From an uncultured Rhodohalobacter sp. (GTDB lineage Bacteria; Bacteroidota; Rhodothermia; Balneolales; Balneolaceae), in contig CAZJBI010000001.1 of NCBI GenBank assembly GCA_964544445.1, positions 429,526-493,525 of the forward strand: a DNA stretch of 64,000 nucleotides, in the 5' to 3' direction. Shown here in pieces: positions 59,688-64,000 of this stretch. The notes under the pieces are model-generated. The model ran no database searches. It worked only from the letters and a program-made list of their open reading frames with translations, and had not been told where the DNA came from. Each line of letters begins with the position of its first letter. Within the stretch, counting starts at the first letter, position 1. The position numbers and the translations under genes are program-made.

Positions 59688-60167
59688 ATGGAGCAACAAT
59701 CTTTTCATAAAATTACCCCACGCGCTATTAAAGTGTGGCAGTGGTCGAACTCTGTCAGATATCTTTTTTACTTTGGTATTCCTATAGGGTATTCAGCAGT
59801 TTTTGGTCTCGGTCAATTTCATCTATGGGTGGCTACAAGCCTTGCACTGCTTATTCTGGTGGGCTGGATTCTCTCTATTGTTTGGCTGCCATACAAAATT
59901 TGGGAAAACTGGAGATATGCGGTAAATGACAGAGAAATTGAGTTAAAACATGGTGTTTTCTTTAAAACACAGACTCTGATACCCCTAAGCCGCGTACAGC
60001 ACGTGGATACACGGCAAGGACCGCTTCTTCGCTGGTACTCCCTGTCTAAGGTTACGATTTCCACAGCGGCTACAACACACGAAATTCCCGGCCTTGATAT
60101 CGTATTGGCAGACCGGGTACGCCGGCAAATTTCAACTTATGCCCGCCTTGCAGAAGATGATGTATGA
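59688..60167 (+). CDS. YdbS-like bacterial PH domain membrane protein
   Basis: Two TM helices then WRY...IPLSRVQHVDTRQGPL...ISTAA...IPGL. Confidence 0.88.
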   Translation: MEQQSFHKITPRAIKVWQWSNSVRYLFYFGIPIGYSAVFGLGQFHLWVATSLALLILVGWILSIVWLPYKIWENWRYAVNDREIELKHGVFFKTQTLIPLSRVQHVDTRQGPLLRWYSLSKVTISTAATTHEIPGLDIVLADRVRRQISTYARLAEDDV

Positions 60168-61671
60168 TTTTCAGCGCCAACATCCCGTAGCAGCAATTAG
60201 CCGTGCCTTGGGTCTCATACGTGGTAACTTTGTTACGATCCTGGTGTTCCTATTTGTAGGGGCCAGAAGCGATAACTTTCCGTTTCTTTGGTGGATTGCA
60301 GGTGGAGCAGGGTTCCTTCTAATAGTTGGATTTGCAAACTGGTGGCGATTTCTGTATAAAGTTGAAGATGATACACTGCATATAAAAAGCGGAATTTTTG
60401 TACGCAAGGACCTCTACCTCACCCGAGATCGCATTCAGGTGATCGACGTTACATCCGGAATTTTACAGCGCATATTTGGCCTGGTGCGTCTCGATATACA
60501 GACTGCCGGCTCCAGTTCACGGCAGGCAGCAATTGACGCCATCACTACTGATAACGCAAGAGAAATTAGCCGGCTGCTGAGGCCTGATAAAAATGGTGAA
60601 CAATCTGAGGGTGCTGAACTAGACACATCTGAAACTGTGGCAAATAATGAAAATGTTAAAACGATAAAGCTACCGGTGAAGGAGTTGCTCATTGCGGCAT
60701 CCACCTCAGGTAGTTTTGGAATCGCACTTTCATTAATTGCAACGGTTTTCTCCCAGGTTGAGCCCCTCATCAGTCAGTCTGAAATGTATGAATATATTAT
60801 TGGTTTGATTCCCAGTGATGCCGATATCGTAGTGATTCTGGCAACAATTGGGGCTTTTATCATTTTTGCATGGCTGATTTCGTTCTTCAGTACCCTGTTT
60901 AAGTATGGTAATTTTCAGCTGGATGTAAAAGAAGACGAAATTGTTGTTTCAAGAGGCATTTTTGAGAAAAAAAGGATTACCATACCCTACAACCGAATTC
61001 AGGCCATTCACGTGGCGGAAGGGATGATTCGCCAGCCGCTTGGCTATGCATCCCTACACCTGGAAAGTGCGGGCTATGGTGATGAGAAAGGATCAGGTTC
61101 ATTTGTACTTTTTCCACTCATAGGTAAAAATAATATTGAGTCGCTGCTTCAGGACGTGCTGCCAGACTATAACCGGGGTGTTGAAGGTGTGAAACCACCT
61201 AAAAGATCACTTCGAAGGTATGTATTCCGGTCGTCTGTTCTGGTTACACTGGTAACCGGAATCCTCTACTGGCTGTTATCGCTCAATATTTGGATTTGGC
61301 TCCTTCCGGTTCTGTCGGTTTTTTGGGGATGGATTCGCTTTAGAGATGCGGCGGCAGGCTGGGATGGTGACCTGTTTGTAATTCGCAGTCGGTTTTTATC
61401 AAAAACCACTGCATATATTAAGAAGAAAAGAATACAAGATTTTAGCCTACAGCAAAGTTTCTTTCAGAGGCAAAGAGGGTTATGTTCATTGAACATGTAT
61501 GTGGCCTCGGGAGATCATGGGAAATCGTTTGGAGTGAGTGATCTGGAGCTCGACGACGGAAACAGGGCATTGAATGAAGCCCGAAAAGAGACTAATATTA
61601 CAAAAGCGGATGATGACAAAAGTGACGTTGACTGGATGAACCGAAGGATAATCCTGCCGGGTTGGGCCTGA
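60157..61671 (+). CDS. YdbT-like membrane protein with three bacterial PH domains
   Basis: Repeated RIQ motifs (DRIQVID, NRIQAI, KRIQDF); start at ATG 60157 or 60160 overlapping the ydbS-like stop. Confidence 0.88.
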   Translation: MMYDFQRQHPVAAISRALGLIRGNFVTILVFLFVGARSDNFPFLWWIAGGAGFLLIVGFANWWRFLYKVEDDTLHIKSGIFVRKDLYLTRDRIQVIDVTSGILQRIFGLVRLDIQTAGSSSRQAAIDAITTDNAREISRLLRPDKNGEQSEGAELDTSETVANNENVKTIKLPVKELLIAASTSGSFGIALSLIATVFSQVEPLISQSEMYEYIIGLIPSDADIVVILATIGAFIIFAWLISFFSTLFKYGNFQLDVKEDEIVVSRGIFEKKRITIPYNRIQAIHVAEGMIRQPLGYASLHLESAGYGDEKGSGSFVLFPLIGKNNIESLLQDVLPDYNRGVEGVKPPKRSLRRYVFRSSVLVTLVTGILYWLLSLNIWIWLLPVLSVFWGWIRFRDAAAGWDGDLFVIRSRFLSKTTAYIKKKRIQDFSLQQSFFQRQRGLCSLNMYVASGDHGKSFGVSDLELDDGNRALNEARKETNITKADDDKSDVDWMNRRIILPGWA

Positions 61672-61697
61672 AATTTAAATCATACGAATACAATACC

Positions 61698-62459
61698 ATG
61701 AAGCCATATATTCTTGCCGAAAATAACTGGAAAGAGATCAAAAATCAGCAAATAGACATGGCCATACTGCCTTGGGGAGCTACCGAGGCGCATAACTATC
61801 ATCTTCCTTATGGTACCGATAACTACCAGGTAGAAGCAATTGCTGAGCGTTCAGCTGAAATAGCATGGAGCGCGGGTCAACACCCCATCGTTCTGCCGGT
61901 TGTGCCGTTTGGTGTGAACACGGGGCAACCGGATATTCGCCTGGATATGAACCTGAATCCTAGCACGCAGCTCATCATTCTTCGTGATTTAATTACGGTA
62001 CTGAACCGACAGGGAATACATAAATTAATGGTGCTAAACGGCCATGGCGGGAATAATTTTAAACCATTACTTCGTGAACTGGGCCTGGAATTTCCAGACA
62101 TGTTCCTGTCGTTGTGCAACTGGTTTTCAGTTGGAGATCGTGACAAACATTTTAAAGAGCCGGGCGATCATGCCGATGAGATGGAAACAAGCGTGATGTT
62201 ATATTTGAAGCCTGAATTTGTTCGTCCGTTAGAGGAAGCGGGCAGTGGCTCGGCCAAGGAGTCGGTTATTACGGGAATACGAAATGGCTGGGCCTGGGCA
62301 GAGAGAAAATGGTCTCAGGTAACAGATGATACCGGGGTTGGCAACCCTGAACACGCGACCTCAGAAAAAGGAGAGGCGTATGTGAATGAAGTATCAGAGC
62401 GGGTGGGGCAGCTTATAATTGAGATATCGAAAATGGATATAGAGAATATGTACCAATAA
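61698..62459 (+). CDS. creatininase family amidohydrolase
   Basis: PWGATEAH..HLPYGTD, NGHGGN, DHADEMETS, GVGNP. Confidence 0.92.
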   Translation: MKPYILAENNWKEIKNQQIDMAILPWGATEAHNYHLPYGTDNYQVEAIAERSAEIAWSAGQHPIVLPVVPFGVNTGQPDIRLDMNLNPSTQLIILRDLITVLNRQGIHKLMVLNGHGGNNFKPLLRELGLEFPDMFLSLCNWFSVGDRDKHFKEPGDHADEMETSVMLYLKPEFVRPLEEAGSGSAKESVITGIRNGWAWAERKWSQVTDDTGVGNPEHATSEKGEAYVNEVSERVGQLIIEISKMDIENMYQ

Positions 62460-62485
62460 AATTATTTCGACTGCATTTTAAAAAA

Positions 62486-62520
62486 AACAGCAGAAGACTT
62501 AATCTGTTGCTTCTGCTGTT
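62486..62520. terminator. bidirectional terminator between the creatininase gene and gcvP
   Basis: AACAGCAGAAG...CTTCTGCTGTT. Confidence 0.75.
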
Positions 62521-62551
62521 TCTGAAATAGAATTGAGATCCGTGTTTCGAC

Positions 62552-64000
62552 TTATGCCGGATATAACGGCTCCTCTGATACCGGTTCCTGTCCTTCTGTG
62601 TAGGCCTCGATTGGCAAACAGCTGCAGACCAGGTTTCGGTCTCCATAGGCGTCATCAACGCGGCTTACGGCAGGCCAGAACTTATCAAACCGCAGCGATG
62701 GAACGGGAAACACGGCCTCTTCTCGGGAGTAGGGTCGATTCCACTCGTCACCCATTACCACGCGCATTGTATGTGGAGCATGCTTCAGTACGTTGTTCTC
62801 AGGATCTGACTCCCCTTCCTCAATTGCACGGATTTCATTACGGATACCGATCATCGCGTCGCAAAACCGGTCCAGCTCCTCTTTCGACTCACTTTCGGTT
62901 GGTTCAATCATGAGGGTGCCGGGAACCGGGAACGACATGGTTGGAGCATGAAAACCATAATCCATCAGTCGCTTGGCAAGATCTACTGCTTCAATACCGG
63001 CACTCTGTTTGAACGAGCGAAGGTCCACGATAAATTCATGAGCCGATCGTCCGCCACGCCCTGTATAAAGTATGGGGTAGTGATCTTTCAGACGATCTTT
63101 GATGTAGTTGGCGTTCAAAATAGCGATTTCAGTCGCTTTTTTTAGTCCGTCAGCTCCCATCATGCGAATGTAGGCGTGTGAAATTGTAAGAATACTCGCA
63201 CTTCCCCAGGGAGCGGCAGAAACAGGTTTAATAGCCTGCTCGCCACCGGTTTTTATAATATCATGGCCCGGTAAAAAAGGCTTCAGTTTATCATTAACCC
63301 CAATGGGCCCCATTCCCGGTCCGCCACCGCCGTGAGGTATGCAGAATGTTTTGTGAAGATTCAGATGGCAGACATCCGCACCAATTGCAGCCGGAGATGT
63401 CCACCCGATTTGTGCATTCATATTGGCGCCATCCATGTAAACCAAGCCACCATGATTGTGGATGATTTCACAAATTTCACGAATATCTTCTTCAAATACA
63501 CCGTGAGTTGATGGGTATGTCACCATTAAAGCAGAAAGCCGATCACTATATTTTTCAGCTTTCTCCCGGAGATCGTCCAGGTCGATATTTCCTTTCTCGT
63601 CGCACTTAGTTACCACAACTTCCATGCCGGCCATTACAGCGCTTGCGGGATTTGTTCCGTGGGCTGATGAGGGGACAATAGTCACATTTCTCTGTGAATC
63701 GTTATTTGCAATATGATATCCGCGGATCGTCATGAGACCAGTATATTCTCCCTGCGCACCGGAGTTTGGCTGAAGGGATACCTTCGAAAAGCCTGTAATT
63801 TCAGATAACCAGGTATCTAGTTCATCAAAAAGTTGGTGGTAGCCTGCTGCCTGATCTTCAGGCACGAAAGGGTGAATTTTACCAAATTCCGGCCAGGTAA
63901 GCGGAATCATCTCGGCTGTTGCATTCAGTTTCATGGTGCAGGATCCAAGCGAAATCATCGAGTGTGTTAAATCGAGATCACGGTTTTCCAGTTTTTTCAG
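62552..64000 (-). CDS. gcvP: glycine dehydrogenase (decarboxylating), 3' part; continues past the window end
   Basis: [57 protein letters not shown]; frame open to position 64000. Confidence 0.97.
   Translation of the reverse strand: MKKLENRDLDLTHSMISLGSCTMKLNATAEMIPLTWPEFGKIHPFVPEDQAAGYHQLFDELDTWLSEITGFSKVSLQPNSGAQGEYTGLMTIRGYHIANNDSQRNVTIVPSSAHGTNPASAVMAGMEVVVTKCDEKGNIDLDDLREKAEKYSDRLSALMVTYPSTHGVFEEDIREICEIIHNHGGLVYMDGANMNAQIGWTSPAAIGADVCHLNLHKTFCIPHGGGGPGMGPIGVNDKLKPFLPGHDIIKTGGEQAIKPVSAAPWGSASILTISHAYIRMMGADGLKKATEIAILNANYIKDRLKDHYPILYTGRGGRSAHEFIVDLRSFKQSAGIEAVDLAKRLMDYGFHAPTMSFPVPGTLMIEPTESESKEELDRFCDAMIGIRNEIRAIEEGESDPENNVLKHAPHTMRVVMGDEWNRPYSREEAVFPVPSLRFDKFWPAVSRVDDAYGDRNLVCSCLPIEAYTEGQEPVSEEPLYPA

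Overview
This is a mostly core chromosomal window from a bacterium that appears to belong to the Balneolota/Rhodothermota side of the FCB group (Rhodohalobacter-like; inferred from protein styles, not from a search). It holds a complete branched-chain amino acid cluster (ilvB-ilvN-ilvC-cimA-leuA-leuC-leuD-leuB, with divergent ilvD), hisF/hisE, polX, tRNA-Leu(GAG), feoA-feoA-feoB, amtB, purine salvage genes, a small glycosyltransferase/flippase cluster, arsS, an isocitrate dehydrogenase-family gene and the 3' part of gcvP. No integrase, transposase, CRISPR array or prophage was seen. The most notable observations are: (1) an Ile/Leu-rich leader peptide followed by mutually exclusive hairpins that look like a translational attenuator of ilvB, in an operon whose IlvN and LeuA seem to have lost their feedback sites; (2) a PIN toxin-antitoxin cassette bracketed by a 36-bp duplication of a host gene's 3' end, with no recombinase nearby; (3) a decayed DUF559 endonuclease gene between two composite palindromic elements, plus gene-less palindrome and heptamer arrays anchored on stop codons; (4) a bacterial homologue of the collagen glycosyltransferase domain of PLOD/LH3 that may be circularly permuted; (5) a DigH-like glycosidase fused to a PGRP-type amidase; (6) an orphan terminator with a run of hairpins, a candidate sRNA. 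All family assignments are by eye, from recalled motifs.
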